64,000 nucleotides of DNA, taken from NCBI GenBank assembly GCA_028534125.1, contig CM052816.1, forward strand, positions 26,724,001 to 26,788,000, read 5' to 3'. The notes under the pieces were generated by a model that was not told the DNA's origin, searched no databases, and was given only the letters and a program-made list of their open reading frames with translations. Below are positions 24,625 through 37,995 of this stretch, in pieces (positions within the stretch are counted from its first letter, which is position 1; the number at the start of each line of letters is the position of its first letter). The translations under genes were made by a program, and so were the position numbers. Source of the stretch: Lama glama. Lineage: Eukaryota.

Positions 24625-27409
24625 ACTCCAAATACGGCCCCTTTCCTCTTGCAGGAATGGTCTCTCCACCCTCCCCAATGAACACCATTATCATTTCTGA
24701 CCTTCTGCCTTTGCTGATGCTGTGTTTTCTGCTTTGAGTTTCCTTTTTCCTATTCCAGACCTGCTAAACGCCCTCGTATTTTAGGGTCCTGCTCAAGTAG
24801 CCTCCACTGCTCATGCTCACCTAGCTCTTATTGTCTGGGTTACTTTTTTGGCACTGACATTCTGAACTACAATGCACTGTACTAAACTCTAAGATATATG
24901 CTAGATTTGTCTCTCAAATAAAACAATACACTTCTGGAGAATAGGAATTATGACTTCCCTTTATCTTTACATATCACTCAACACCTGACAAGACACAGGC
25001 ACATGGAGACTCTCATCACATACTGCTGAATCACCATCAAATGAGTAACTTTGTGAGTGAAGGAATTAATGAATGAACAAAGGTATACATAAAGACATGG
25101 ACAAGTGAATGAATGAATGATCCCCAAGCCCCCACCACATGGAGGCTTCTCAGAGATAAAACCAGAAGGATCAAAGCCAGCAGGTAAGTCATGATGTTCA
25201 GAGCCCATGGCGGGGGTAGAAGGCAGGGCTGGCAGACCTGGGGAGTCTGAGTCTCCTCTCAGTGTCAGGAGAGTGTTTTCTTGTGCCCTACGTAGACAGA
25301 GCTCACTCTCTTTAATACTGCCAGGCATAAGTGACTACAAACTGAATTATTTCCTCATTAGCCTGTTTATACTCCTATATCCTGAAGAAGAGTCTTTGTC
25401 TGAGGCCTCCACATGGCCCTCACACAGCCCTTTGAATGCGATCAACTGCACCTTCGTAAACAATTCTTCCCAAGAAGGAAGGAAAATGAAGGGATTCCTT
25501 CCTTCAAATAGAATGACCGATAGGATGATCGCATTACCATTATCTCTTACAAATCCTCCCTCTGGTCTAATAATTCCCATTAAGGCCTCATAAGCACAGC
25601 AAGAAGTGTGTGGTCCATTTTCTTTTTAATAGGAAATGCCAGAACACATCTTTAGACTGGCAGAATGCACTCATCTCTCACACCGGAGTGACGCCACGAC
25701 GTTCTAAATGATGTCCGTTGAGTGTAATAATGGTGTGGAGAAATCTCAGTATCAGACATGATGTGCTCTAATCGACACAGAGGAGAAGCAGGAACTTGGC
25801 CGGTCCTAGCGAAGCCCCAAATAGTCTGAAAGAGCAATTAAATTAACTTTGAGCTATGTGGCTTTCATGAATTCCACCTGAAATAGAGAGTTTGAAAATA
25901 ACATAAGCAGCATCAGCTCCTGGAACAATGGGGGAAATTCTCACTTGTTAAATCCAAATTCGCAGAGTTCTGAGTCAAAAACGAACAAACAGACACATTC
26001 CAATGAGAAACCCTGCACAGTTGGATGTTATGGTAATGGAGCGGATGGGTAATAGGGCAGGCCAGGGTAGATGGAGGTCTAATGAGGAAAGAAAGAAGTG
26101 GGGACAAAGAACAGAGAATTCCTCTCATTTCCTTGAAGGAACAGAAGGCCAGAAATTAAGTGAGGGGCCTCCTGGGAAACTCTGTCATGCCTGCCATTTC
26201 CATCGCTTCCCCGGTGAGAGGCAGATGTAACACGTAGGTGTATCGTGTGAAACCACTGCAGTGGCCACAGCTAATTTGGCCAGGAATGGAATGCTGACCC
26301 CCTCACTGCTATTTATACATGACTAGGTAGACTTGTCCAGTCTCTGCCCAGAGGCACATTCTGTGTTAGAGGGGGACTGATGGACCAATCAGATCTTTTC
26401 TTTTAGATAGTGTGAATCTGGGATAGAGCATTTGGGTCCCTAAGAGTAGATTCTTGGGAAGAAGACAGCAAGACAATGAGTCTCCCTGTAGTCGCATAGT
26501 AGAGAAGTGAGGAACAGAAAGATGCCAGGTGTTGAAGGAACAATGAGACCCATTCTCTAAAGTTGGGTCATTTCTTAAAGAACATCACAGCCTTAACTGG
26601 GGCTGGGCTCCTTAAAGCATCTCAAGTTTCCTTCTTTTCCACTGGAAGTACTAGCACACATATTCAGAATTATTTCCTGCCTGCGGTCTCTGGGGGTACA
26701 CAGAGGCTGTTTAAGTATTTCTTGTGCTTAGTCTGCCCTCAGATTGAAAAATGCACCCCTACCACCTAAATAGTGTGTCCTATATTTGTGGTGGGCATCT
26801 AAGTTCCTTGGGCACAAAAGGAAGAAAGTCTTATCCCAGGTAGCAGTGCCTGGCACATGGTAGGACTTGAAAAGATATTCATTCGATGAACAAATGTTGG
26901 ATAAATCAACTCCACTATAATCCCTCTCTATTAGGGTCAGAAAATGACTCAGCCCTGGGGGGAGACTAAAAGCTGGCTGACCGCTGTGAAAGGTGAGTCC
27001 ACAGGCAGGGCAGACAGAAGATGTGTCCCAGAGAATTGCTGAGTTCCACCCTGGACAGGTCAGTTCCCTGTGGGTTTCTACGTGTCCTACACAGATCCAG
27101 ATAGAGATCTGGGATCGGGGTGTGGAGGGGTGAGGGTGGGGGAAAGCCAGGCAGGGCTGGACAAGCTTGCTCCTTTTCCTCCCTCCCCTCTCTCACTTGC
27201 CCCCTTTCCTTCTTCTTCCAACATTCTTGCTCTGGAACGCAGAAAGGAAACCTGATGGCATCAAAGTCCCATCTACTCTTCGTTCCATCAACTACTTTAC
27301 AATTTGTCTTCTTAAATTCTGGAAACAAAATTTTCCTTGGGAAATCCTAAATGCATTACTGCTGAAGTCTTTGAAAGACCTTACCTCCTTCTCTCCTCCT
27401 TGTCAGTTG

Positions 27410-27800
27410 GCCTCTGGCCACATCGGCCTCTGCACCGATCCTCTAACAGGCAGGCTGCCCACTCAGGGCCTTTGCATTGGCTCTTTTCTCTACCTGGAAT
27501 GCTTTCCCCACATAGCCTTGTGGGTCAACCCTTCTTCCCTTTCAGGCCTTTATGAAAATATCACCTTCTCAGCAAGGCCTGCCCTGGTTTCTTCCTTCCT
27601 TGCTTATTCACCTCCCTTGCCCTGTTTTTCTCCATGGGGTGTATCATCATTTTGAATAGCATGTGTTTAACTTGTTTAGTGTCTGTCTCCCACAACTGAA
27701 TGGAAGCTCCTTGGGGGCCAGAATCTTTGTGTGTTTTGTTTCCTCTTCTTTCCTGGTATCTAGACTAGCACCTGACCTCAAGTAACACTTACTGAATTTC
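27410..27800 (+). mobile_element. L2 LINE 3' end
   Basis: ctcagggcctttgcattggctcttttctctacctggaatgctttcccc ... gtctgtctcccacaactgaatggaagctcc motifs. Confidence 0.75.
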
Positions 27801-28048
27801 CAGTGAGTGTGCAACGTTGTGAGATGCATAAGTACCAGAACTTCATCTCCCACTTGTTCTGCCACATTCCCGTGAGTGACCTGGAACTCAGGCACCACTC
27901 AGTCCACCACCAGGTGGGATCAGGAGGGCGCCACTGAGTCATCACAGGATGGCTGCACCATATCGAGGGCCACATGCAGGACCTCGAGTGGCCCCATACA
28001 AGTGATTGCATTTGTATTGCTGGAATGAGATCAAAATTGCGTATAATT

Positions 28049-28125
28049 ATGCTGTACATCAGAAACTGACACAACATTGTAAACTGAGCATATTTCAATT
28101 AAAAAAATTTAAAACTAAAAAACAA
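28049..28125 (+). mobile_element. Very short L1 3' tail
   Basis: tgctgtacatcagaaactgacacaacattgtaaactga...ttcaatt followed by an A-rich tail. Confidence 0.75.
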
Positions 28126-29569
28126 TAACATTGGAACTTAGGTACATCACTGGCATGACATTCAAGAGTAGTGCTATTAAATTTCTTAGGCAGTTCATGT
28201 TGTATAATATTTCCATATCTATGATTTTATATACAATAAAATACCAAGATACCTTGTAAAGCCAAAATAAGAAAAAAAAAACTTGAGTGGAGAGTTTGTC
28301 CCACTAGGTTAAGTGATCGGCTAAGTTCCAAAGGCTTAGCAATACAATTCAATGCAAATTTTGAAAAATGTGGTGGTAAGTGGTAGCAATGACAGAAGAC
28401 ATCATCATTTGGTGTTTGAATACTAACAAAGTGTGGCAGGATCAAGGAGAGAATCTAGACAGATGAAAGGCCAATGACTCATTTGATTTTTCCATGGGCT
28501 GAAATACTTCATCTTTACCTCTTTGTCTGGACTGAAAGGCAATGTACCTTATATAATGTTCAGGATATCCCTTCTTCATCAAAGTGAAATTAATGGTGGG
28601 CAAAATAAGAAACATTTGAGAAAGGAGAGTATTTGTTAGTGTTTCTCTAGACTAGACAGGTAGCTAAGTTAGGAGAGAGTTTTCTATGAATAATTCTTTC
28701 CTAAAACTAGAATTTGAAGTGGCTGAAGTGTGCCAGCTTCAACATTATGACATTCTAGGATTTGTGATTCCAAAGTTCTAAGTATTGAAAGCTAAGAATG
28801 AGGCAAGCTGGTTTTAATGCTCCAAATCTTGTCCTAGAATTGGTTCATAAATTACCCATAATTTTTCTTCATGGAGCATGAACTTCATTAGACTATTTTC
28901 TTACTATAAAAGCCAGGGCAATTTTACAAGACAGCAGGGCAGGGTCCCTGTCCCGCATGGAATCTGAGCAGTAACCTCATCTGGTATGTGTCAAGGCAGC
29001 TCCTCTACACATTTACGAGGTGCCTTACATCTGAATATGTACCTGGGATCTGGAAGATTCAGATCATGATTAGCTTGCAGCTCACACGCTCTTTGTTATA
29101 AGGTCTGCAGAGCAGCAATAGCTACTAGATGGAGGGGTGAATCACCTGCTAACATATTAGCAGAGGTACCAGCAGAGGCTACAAGGCAATAACAGGAACA
29201 AATCTGTAATTCCAAGCAGCAGCCTAGAGAGACGAGGGGAACATTCTAAAGCAGAGAAATACATCCAATTAGCAGAGGAGGTAAAATTCGTCTCTTTTTC
29301 AAATACAGAATTCCCTCATTCATGTGAGGGAGTCTCATCTCTACATGCCAGGCATGCTGTAAAATCCAGGGGATGCCAAGAGGAAAAGGGGCCGTACCTG
29401 CTTGCAAGACGCACACAGTCTAGTGACATTGTGTCCACTGCACAAAGGCATTTGGCATATTCCTTCAGAGGTGATGAGGCAAGTCAAGAAAACTAAGTGA
29501 TGTACAAGGTACAAGGTATGACCATGGCAGGGGATAGCTAGATGTGATAAGAATTCACATTTAAATGGA

Positions 29570-29697
29570 GGGGAGGGTGTAGCTCAGTGGTAGAGTGTGT
29601 GCTTAGCATACATGAGGTCCTGGGTTCAATCCACAGGATCTCCATTAAAATAAATAAATAAACCTAACTATCCCCACCCCCAAGAAACAACCAAAAG
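29570..29697 (+). mobile_element. tRNA-Ala-derived SINE (camelid Vic-1-like)
   Basis: ggggagggtgTAGCTCAGTGG (A box 29580-29590), gcttAGCat anticodon loop, GGTTCAATCC (B box 29623-29632), then (taaa)n, cccc and an A-rich tail. Confidence 0.85.
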
Positions 29698-30252
29698 AAT
29701 ACACCTCATTTAAGAAAATGTAAATTTTTTAAAAAGTGAAGGGAAAGGTTTAAGACAAGACTCCACAGTTCCAGATCCAACTCAAAACAAGTTGAGAGCA
29801 AAATAGAGAAAGAGTAATTTTTCAAACTCATTAACTCTAAAAATCAAATTGCTCAAGTAGTATTTTCAGCTTAAGCTATTTGTTTAAAGACTGATTTAAA
29901 AAAAATAAGGTGGAGAAGAATTTCTTCTTTCTAAAGCTCTCCTCTGATGGTGGTAATGGCAAGAAGTGGCTCTGGATAGTTTTAAGGCTCCCAAATTTCC
30001 ACTAGAAACTCTCTCCCTTTAACCCCTATTCATTGAAAAGGAAAAGGACTTTTCTCCAATCTCATGAAGAGAGCTCTGCAAACATGGCTTCAAGACAAGA
30101 TCTCTAGCCCTGGCAGCACTCTGTCTTTTACCACCAGACCATGGCACCCAAGACTCTTCCCATGTGGATATTCCAGTGATGTTCACCTCTTGGTCATGTC
30201 TTGGCAAGAGCAAAGAAGTGGTGATTTTGTGAGAAGTAAAAGGCAGGGGAGG

Positions 30253-30688
30253 TGCTGCGCTAGGCTGAACAGTGACCTCGCCAAATTCATGTCCACTTGA
30301 AAGCTCAGAATGTGATCTTATTTGGAAATAAGCCCTTTGCAGATGTAAGTTAAGGTAAGATCATATTGGATTAGAGTGAGTCCTAAATCCAATGACTGCT
30401 GTCTCTGTAAAAAGGCCAAGTAGAAACAAAGACAGACAGGAAGACAGCCACAGGAAGACAGAGGCAGAGGCTAGAACGATGCTGCCAGAGGTGAAGGAAC
30501 ATCAGGAACCACCCGAAGCTGGAAGAGGCAAGGGAACAATCTCCCCTAGAGCCTCTGAAGGGAGCATGACCCTACTGACACCTGTATTTCAGATTTCTGG
30601 CCCCTGAACCATGACAGAAGAAATTTCTGTTGTTTTAAGCCACCCTGTTTGTGGTGCTTTGTTATAGGAACTGGAAGAGACTAATACA
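30253..30688 (+). mobile_element. Solo MaLR LTR (MLT1C-like)
   Basis: TG...CA termini, cagaatgtgatcttatttggaaataag, gaagctggaagaggcaagg, ctaataca end; near-perfect 5-bp TSD ggagg/ggagt. Confidence 0.85.
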
Positions 30689-30752
30689 GGAGTTGTGACA
30701 AGAATTACAGTTACAAGCAAAAAGCAATAAATATCGGTTGAAAGAATGAATG

Positions 30753-31475
30753 AGAGGGTGTGGAGAAAAGGGAACCCTCCTACACTGTTGGTGGGAATGT
30801 AAATTGGTGCAGCCACCATGGAAAACAGTATGGAGAGTCCTTAAAAAACTAAAAATAGATTTACCATATGATCCAGCAATCCCACTCCTGGGCATATATC
30901 CAGAGGGTACTCAAATTCAAAAAGATACATGCATCCCAGTGTTCATAGCAGCACTATTTACAATCACCAAGACATGGAAGCAACCTAAATGTTCATCGAC
31001 AGATAACTGGATAAAGAAAATGTGGCCTATACAAATGCAGTGGAATATTACTCAGCCATGAAATGCCATTTGCAGCAACATGATGGACCTAGAGATTATC
31101 ATACTAAGTGAAGTAAGTCAGAGAAAGAAAAATATCATATGATATCACTTATACGTGGAATCTAAAAAAAAATGATACAAATGAACTTATTTACAAAACA
31201 GAAATAGACTTACAGACATAGAAAACAAACTTATGGGTTACCAAAGGAGAAAGGGAGGGGAGGAATACATTTGGAATTTAGGATTAACAGAAACACACTA
31301 CTATATATAAAATAGGTAAACAACAAGGATACTATAGCACAGGAAACTATATTCAATATCTTAATAACCTATAACGAAAAGAATTTGAAAAAATATGTAT
31401 GTATAAATGAAACACTTTGCTGTATACCGAAAAAAATACTGTAAATCAACTATACTTCAATAAATTTTTTTAAAT
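30753..31475 (+). mobile_element. 5'-truncated L1 (ORF2 C-terminus plus 3'UTR)
   Basis: ORF 30750-31061 reads [49 protein letters not shown] (L1 ORF2 C-terminal region); flanked by gaatgaatg at 30744-30752 and 31476-31484. Confidence 0.92.
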
Positions 31476-33219
31476 GAATGAATGGCAGTGGAATGACTGT
31501 GTCTCACCTCCCTTCTGCAGGGAATCCCGTGAAGTAGACTAAATCATTCAATATGTAGGACCATTCAAACTGGCCCCAGCCCTGGAGGTTGTGAGTCAGA
31601 GGACTGGAAAAAAGAGTTGCCTTAGGGCCCTCCATGCTTGTTGTGGGGGTGGAACAAGTCCTCTGGAGTCTCAGCAAAGAGATCCAAGTCTAAAGTCTTT
31701 GAAATCGCTCACAAAAACCACAGTGTGAAGCCTACAGACCTGGGTTTGAATTTCTATGCTACTGGTGAAATTATTGTGCAACCCCGGGCAAGTAATAGAA
31801 TCTACGGCAGGAGTCCTAGATCTCTTGCCGGAACAACAGGAACAAGAAAATACCGGACTCTTACTAGCCAAATATTTATGGTAAAACTTGCAAAAGTCAC
31901 TCTCCAAATTGTAAAACTGCTCTAAGTAGAATGACCGTATAGCCCATGCTGCCTCAGAGAGTTCCAATTTCAGCTATTATCTCAACAGAGTTATTAACAG
32001 TTCCTCTTCAACTCACAGAACCTACCCCAATGAGACCATGAACCATCTGGTCACCCAAGTTCTGAGGCATCCTCATGGACACAGCAGAGAAAAAGTTAAG
32101 TTGCATACCTGAGCCACAGTCGGATCTCAGCCATTCACCCTAGAGGGTCACATTTTGTGATATTTGCATTCATTGTGTATCTTGATATATATATGTACAG
32201 TGTTAATTTTCATTACTGTTCATTTCAGTGTAGCATGAAAATATAGTCTGTATGTAATACTGTATAGTATTGTGTATCAAATGCAAAATACCCAGAGATG
32301 GGTTTAATAATTAGATGATGGGTATTCTTCATGCTTTATATGATGCAGAAATACTTGATGGAGTGTTTGTTATCTATATGTTTAAGATGTTCGGTGATAT
32401 TTGGAGCAAACTGATTGTATTTTTAGGTAAGCCTGGAATTCATTTTTAAAAATATTTTAAAGGTCGGTGGTGAGAGGACAGGAAGGGTGGGTGGGAGGGA
32501 TTACCAAGAAAACTTTCTGGGGTGATGAAATTCTCATTATCTTGATTGTAGTGATCGTTTCATGGGTATTAACATTTCTCAAAACTTACTACATTGTACA
32601 CTTTAAATATTAGTAGTGTCTGTGTATTAATTATACGTCAGTAAGAATTATATTAATTAACCAAAGTCCCCCCCAGAATATTTTAAATAATGAAATACAG
32701 TCTCCCTCATGCCAAAAATCTTTCACCTGGCACATTTTCAGGAGCAAATGACATTAACAGTGAGGAGTCCTTACCTCACTGCGTTCTGAAAACTAACTAG
32801 AACATACATACATGAAGTGTGGCCTACAGTAGATATCCCATCCCCTAGACTTGAAATGAAAACATTATGTATAAAGGAAGAATTTCAGCCCTCAAGCTCA
32901 GTGTGCAAGAATCATCGCTTCCTTTATTTATAGTTTAAGTGCTCATTTAGGCCAGGTGACAGAAGTTGAATGTCACTTGGAGGGAGCTCCCAGCCTTCCT
33001 GAGGACTGTGACGGGAAATTGTGGGGCACTCCTGCCATGCTAGGGCACTGAGTGTGGGAGCCCACTGGGTCCTTGGTCCCCCGTCCACACAGTCAGAGCT
33101 GGGGCTTCCCTGCGTGTGGTTCCTTAAGCTCTCCTGCCGGCTTCCTGCTGCTGCTGCGCCCCACCTGAGGTGCAGGAGATTCGCGACACAGCCTCCAGCC
33201 ACCCCAGCCTCCAGCCCAC

Positions 33220-33795
33220 TGTCTCAGTTCCCAAGTGTTGCTGTACCAAGTGACCACAAACTCAGTGGCTTAAAACAAGAAAGGCTCACACAGGCACCCC
33301 TCGTCTGTGTGGCCCACTGTTGCCTATAGCAGCGTATCTATTAAACTTTGTCTCTTAAATTAAAAACAAAACAAAACAAGAAAAGTATTTATCTTACAGT
33401 TTTGGAGGTCAGAAGTCCAAATGGGTCTCAGGAGCTACCATCCAGACATCAGCGGGGCTGGATCTTCCTCGAAGCTCTAGCGTAGAATCCATTTTCTTGC
33501 TTCTGCCACGGCATCCCTCGACTTGCGGCCTTTTCCTCCTTCTTACGCCTTTTTACGACTTTTTGGGCCGGCAGCGTCAGATCATCACATCTTCCCTGAT
33601 TGTGCTCACCTGCCTCTTGTAGGGAGCTTGTGAGGACGCTGTACCCACCTGGGTGCTATAGTCTAACTTTCCCCATCTCGAGATCCTTAATCTTATCTAC
33701 AAAGTCCTTTTTGCCACATAAGGTAACATAGTCACAGGTTCTGGGATTAGAATGTGGACATTTTAGGCGGGGGAGAGGGAGCAGCATACCCACCC
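33220..33795 (-). mobile_element. MaLR LTR (MLT1D-like) interrupted by a small insertion at 33283-33372
   Basis: ccacaaactcagtggcttaaaacaa ... acagttttggaggtcagaagtccaa ... aaagtcctttttgccacataaggtaacatagtcacaggttctgggattag. Confidence 0.85.
33283..33372 (+). pseudogene. Short 5'-truncated retrocopy of an unidentified polyadenylated RNA
   Basis: 11-bp TSD aaaacaagaaa (33272-33282 and 33373-33383), TT|AAAA target, ATTAAA at 33340-33345, A-rich tail from 33362. Confidence 0.7.
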
Positions 33796-35039
33796 AATCA
33801 TCTCCTTCCTGGGGCCTCGCCTCCTCCCAGGCTCTCCTGGAAAGCAGGGCACAGGCCCCTCGGCTCCGTCACCCACACTCCTCTCTGCATTCATGCCCAG
33901 ACCCACCCCAGCCCAAGAGAAACTTTCTTCGAGTTTGGGGGTAAAAGGAAGGCCCCCTCCCTCACCCAACTGTTTTGTTCAAATCCAGAATCTTCTCTGC
34001 CCCTCTAATGACATGGGCTCTCAGAGCACACACAAAAAGTAATTTGTAGTGTGCTTCTGCCTTTTGCCTAGTCCCCTCCTTTTCCTGAGATGATGGACCA
34101 GAGGCAACCATTTGATTGGTTGGAGGAGGTAAAAGGGAGAAATATGAGAAAAGCCTATAAATTAATACCTCAAAGAATTATCCAGTCACATTTGCAGAAA
34201 AATGTAGACCCTCATGAGGGATAAACACTGAAGCGAGTCGGGGAGGAAAGCAACCAGAAGCTGGCTCCCCTGCCTCTCCCTCCCTCTGGTGGTTCTCACC
34301 CTTATTTCCACCACAGCCACCACCTCACTGGGCTCTTAGAGCTGCCTGCCCTTCAAAATACTGGCCCAAATCTGCATGGAACCTTTGCCCATGTTCCCCT
34401 TAGAGACAGGCTGGCAATTTCACAAAGAGCTGAACTCAGTACCGAGACAGACAGAAGGCAATAGTCACACAAAATACAAGCAGCATAAGAACGATCATGA
34501 CTCCCTTGGGCATCTGTCTGACCGTGAACACACTCTTGGCCCAGGAGGCTGCTACAGCCACATATGCAGAGTCTCTGGCTTTCTCCCTTCACCCCCACAG
34601 CCTCTGCCACCCCATCCTGACCTCCACTCCAGAGCAGGTGCCACGTTATTCCCTGACACAGGGCAGCAAACCAGGCAACTCCTCCTCTTCCTGGTCCAAC
34701 TTAAATAGAAGCCAATGTTCCCAAATCTGCCGTCCACACTACCACTGAGCCCTGGCTCCTCATGTGAGGGGCACTCGGCGTAAGAACAGCACCACAGTGA
34801 CTGACAAATGGATGATCTCAACCTTCACATTAGGTTATCAACTCCACCACCTGTGGAGAATTTTATGTCTTACTCATAGGTAAGCATACACATACACATG
34901 AAAATATGTCAAGAAGGCATAACTATATTTTCCCTACATAATGACACATTTATGGAGCAGGAAGGTAAGCCTTTTCCAAAGGAACAAATATGGAATTTTA
35001 GGGGGAAAAGTACAATTTATTATTATTTTTGAACACAGA

Positions 35040-35965
35040 AGCAACCCAAATTAAAAATGAGCAAAGGACTTAAACATTTCTCCAAAGAAGATATGTAAAG
35101 GACCAACAAGCATATGAAGAGATGCTCAACATTATTAGTCATTAGGGAAATACAAGTCAAAGCTACAATGAAATACCACTTTACACTCACTAGGATGGCT
35201 GTAATTTAAAAAAAAAACAGAAAATAACCAGTATCAGTGAGGATATGAATAAATTAGAGCCTCCATAGATTTCTAGTGGGAATATAAAATGATACAGTCA
35301 CCATGGAATATAGTTTGACAAAAAGTTCCTCAAAAAGTTATGGATAGAATTATCATATGACCTAGTGTTTCCACTCCTAGGTATATATACAAGAGAATTC
35401 AAAATACACGCTTATACAAAAATCTATACATAAGTGTTCATAGCAGCATTATTCATAATAGCCAAAAATGGAAACAATCCAAATATCCATTAACAATAAT
35501 TAGAATTATTTAAAGAAATATCCAAATGTTCTCAGCACCACTTAACAAAAACCAAAAAGTGGAAACAATTCAAACATCCACCAGTGAGTAAAGAAACTGT
35601 AGTATATGCAAAAAATGGTATTTTGCTCATCCATAAAAAGGAATGTAAGTACAATGTGGATGAACCTCAAAAACATACTAAGTGAAAGAAGCCAGACACA
35701 AAAGGTCACATATTACATGGTTGCATTTATATGAAATAACCAGTGTAGGTAAACCCATTGAGACAGAAATCATATTGGAGGTTGCCAGGGGCTGAGAGTG
35801 ACTGCTTAATGGGTACAGAGTTTCCTTTTGGGGTGATGAAAATGTTTTGAAACTACTTAGAGGCAATGATTGTACAGTACTATGAATGGACTAAATGTTA
35901 CTGAATCTTATGCACAAAAATTGTTAATTTCATGTTATGTGAATTTCATCTCAATTTTTTTAAAA
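35040..35965 (+). mobile_element. L1 (L1MB-like) 3' region
   Basis: catttctccaaagaagatatg...aagagatgctcaacattattagtcattagggaaat ... agagtttccttttggggtgatgaaaatgttttgaaact. Confidence 0.88.
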
Positions 35966-35989
35966 TGGGAAAAGAAACACAGAACTAGA

Positions 35990-36200
35990 GGCTGAGTCCT
36001 GGTTTTAGTACTTAATAGCCATTTCATTATGGGCAAGTAACTTCCAACTCCCTCTGAGCCTCAGTTTCCTGAGGTGTATTTATCAGCAAAATAAGGCTGA
36101 TAGTATTTGTACCACCTACTTCATGGGATTATTCTAGAAACCAAATGAGACATTGTTTATTACATATTTATATCATGGAACAGTGATAAAGTGCTAGTTA
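35990..36200 (+). mobile_element. MIR SINE
   Basis: gggcaagtaactt...ctctgagcctcagtttcct MIR core. Confidence 0.65.
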
Positions 36201-37779
36201 TTATGGAGGTAATAGACGTTAAAATGTATATTCACTAAGAAAACTGAAAGCTTCCTTTCGATTTTCAAGCTTTTGTAAGATCTAAGTTGCAATAAACGTA
36301 CTCACAAAGTTCTATTTTTAATTAATTCATATATTGCAAGCAAAGAATTAAACTAGATAATTATTTTCCAAATAAGTAGGCAACACCTTAAAAACTTACT
36401 CCTGGGTATCAAGTCTCATTATAGAATTGACCCAAGGGGAGGAAGATAAAATATATCTCAGAAATTCTTTATGGACAGGGGACAGAAACGTGAGTATTTT
36501 AAATGCCCAACAGGCACAAATGTCACATGGTGACTTGTGGTGTATCAGTCTTCCATGGAGCAGATTTTCACAATATTTTCAATAGGGTAATGATAAAAAT
36601 ATGGGAGGGAGGAGTAAAAAGATCTTTGGTTTATGAAAATGTGAACAGGACTTATGGTTGCAATGGCTTAATGTTTAATTGCCCTGTTAGTAAAAAATGT
36701 CCTTCCCCTAAATTTCAATCTGGCTTCAGTCAAGTTCAAATCCACATAACGGGAAATTTGATTTAACAACACAAAATGACATTAAAAATATCCACATATT
36801 CAAGGAGTTAGGAAATACCACCCAAAGATCAAAAGAGCTCTCTTTCTTTTTCTTTCTTTCATACCATAAGCAGTCCCATAGGAATTTGGTAATAAACAAG
36901 CAACATCTGATGCAATCATTAGGATTTTTATAACATATTTATAAGGCTAGTAAATAGTCTCTCTTCTCTGATTTTATATCTCTACACTATCTCCCCAAAT
37001 TATACTAACTGATAATTTCTTGAAGCATTTTAAAGGGTAAAATACAAGAGAGTTGAGGGTTTATAGGATTTCACAAATAATCTAGGCTATGTAAATATAA
37101 CTATTTTTCTTTAGAATGCCATAGTCATTTCATGCCACTGTGAGATTCCGGACATCTAGTAATAAAAGCCTGTGGTAAAAGGCTTATCCATTATCCACTA
37201 TTTAGTAATTTGCAATAAAATCCTCTAACACAAACTAGACATACGCGCTTGTTATGTTTCAAGAAAAATTATAAAATAGCTCAGTCTAGTCAGAGTACGT
37301 GTTCTTTTTGTTGTGAAACTGGTTTAGTTTTACAACTAAACACACTTGAAGTGCCCAGAAGCAAACATTTCAGTCCCCCAAATTCTGTAAGCCCATCATA
37401 AATTCTTGAGTTGAGGTCCAGACACAAACATGCTTCTGAATAACCAAGGATCCACTGTAGTAGCAAGTAACCAAGGATACCTCATAATCTCCATATTTTG
37501 AGCTTTTTATACTAAGTTACATATATGAATAGTTCATTTTTTCATTTCTAATTACTCTGAGACATGTGTGTACCAAGAGAGATTGCTGACTAGCATGAAA
37601 CAGCAAGCTGATACCCCAAAAGCTTAACATTGTCATTATCATTATAATAAGTAAATGTAACAATCCTATTAGTCTTTTTGAGCTACTTAAAATAGTTTGC
37701 AGCCCCTTAAGTCCCTTATCACTACTTATAAGGAATTCTACATATCAGTAACTTGGTCTGTGCGCAGAAAAGATCTAAC

Positions 37780-37995
37780 ATTTTTGAGTGCTCATGATGT
37801 ACTAGATTTTACATACATATATATATAAGCATATATAATTTCATTTAACTCTCACTAAAACCTTGTGAAGAAGGTGTTATTATCACCTCCTTTGTAGAGA
37901 CACTGAAGCTGAGAGAGTTTAAGTAAATTGTCTGAATTCCCACAGTTAATAGGTAAAATTGGGGCTCGGATCCAGGTTCTTTTAACTCCAAAGGT
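37780..37995 (-). mobile_element. MIR SINE
   Basis: tcatttaactctcac...tattatcacc...actgaagctgagagagtttaagtaaattgtc...actccaaag. Confidence 0.7.

Noticed and set aside
29570..29644. Apparent tRNA-Ala(AGC) gene
   Set aside because: Stem mismatches, a SINE-type tail and a related copy with TSDs at 54643-54790 indicate a SINE rather than a functional tRNA
30750..31061. 103-aa ORF as a host gene
   Set aside because: It is the L1 ORF2 C-terminal remnant of a truncated LINE
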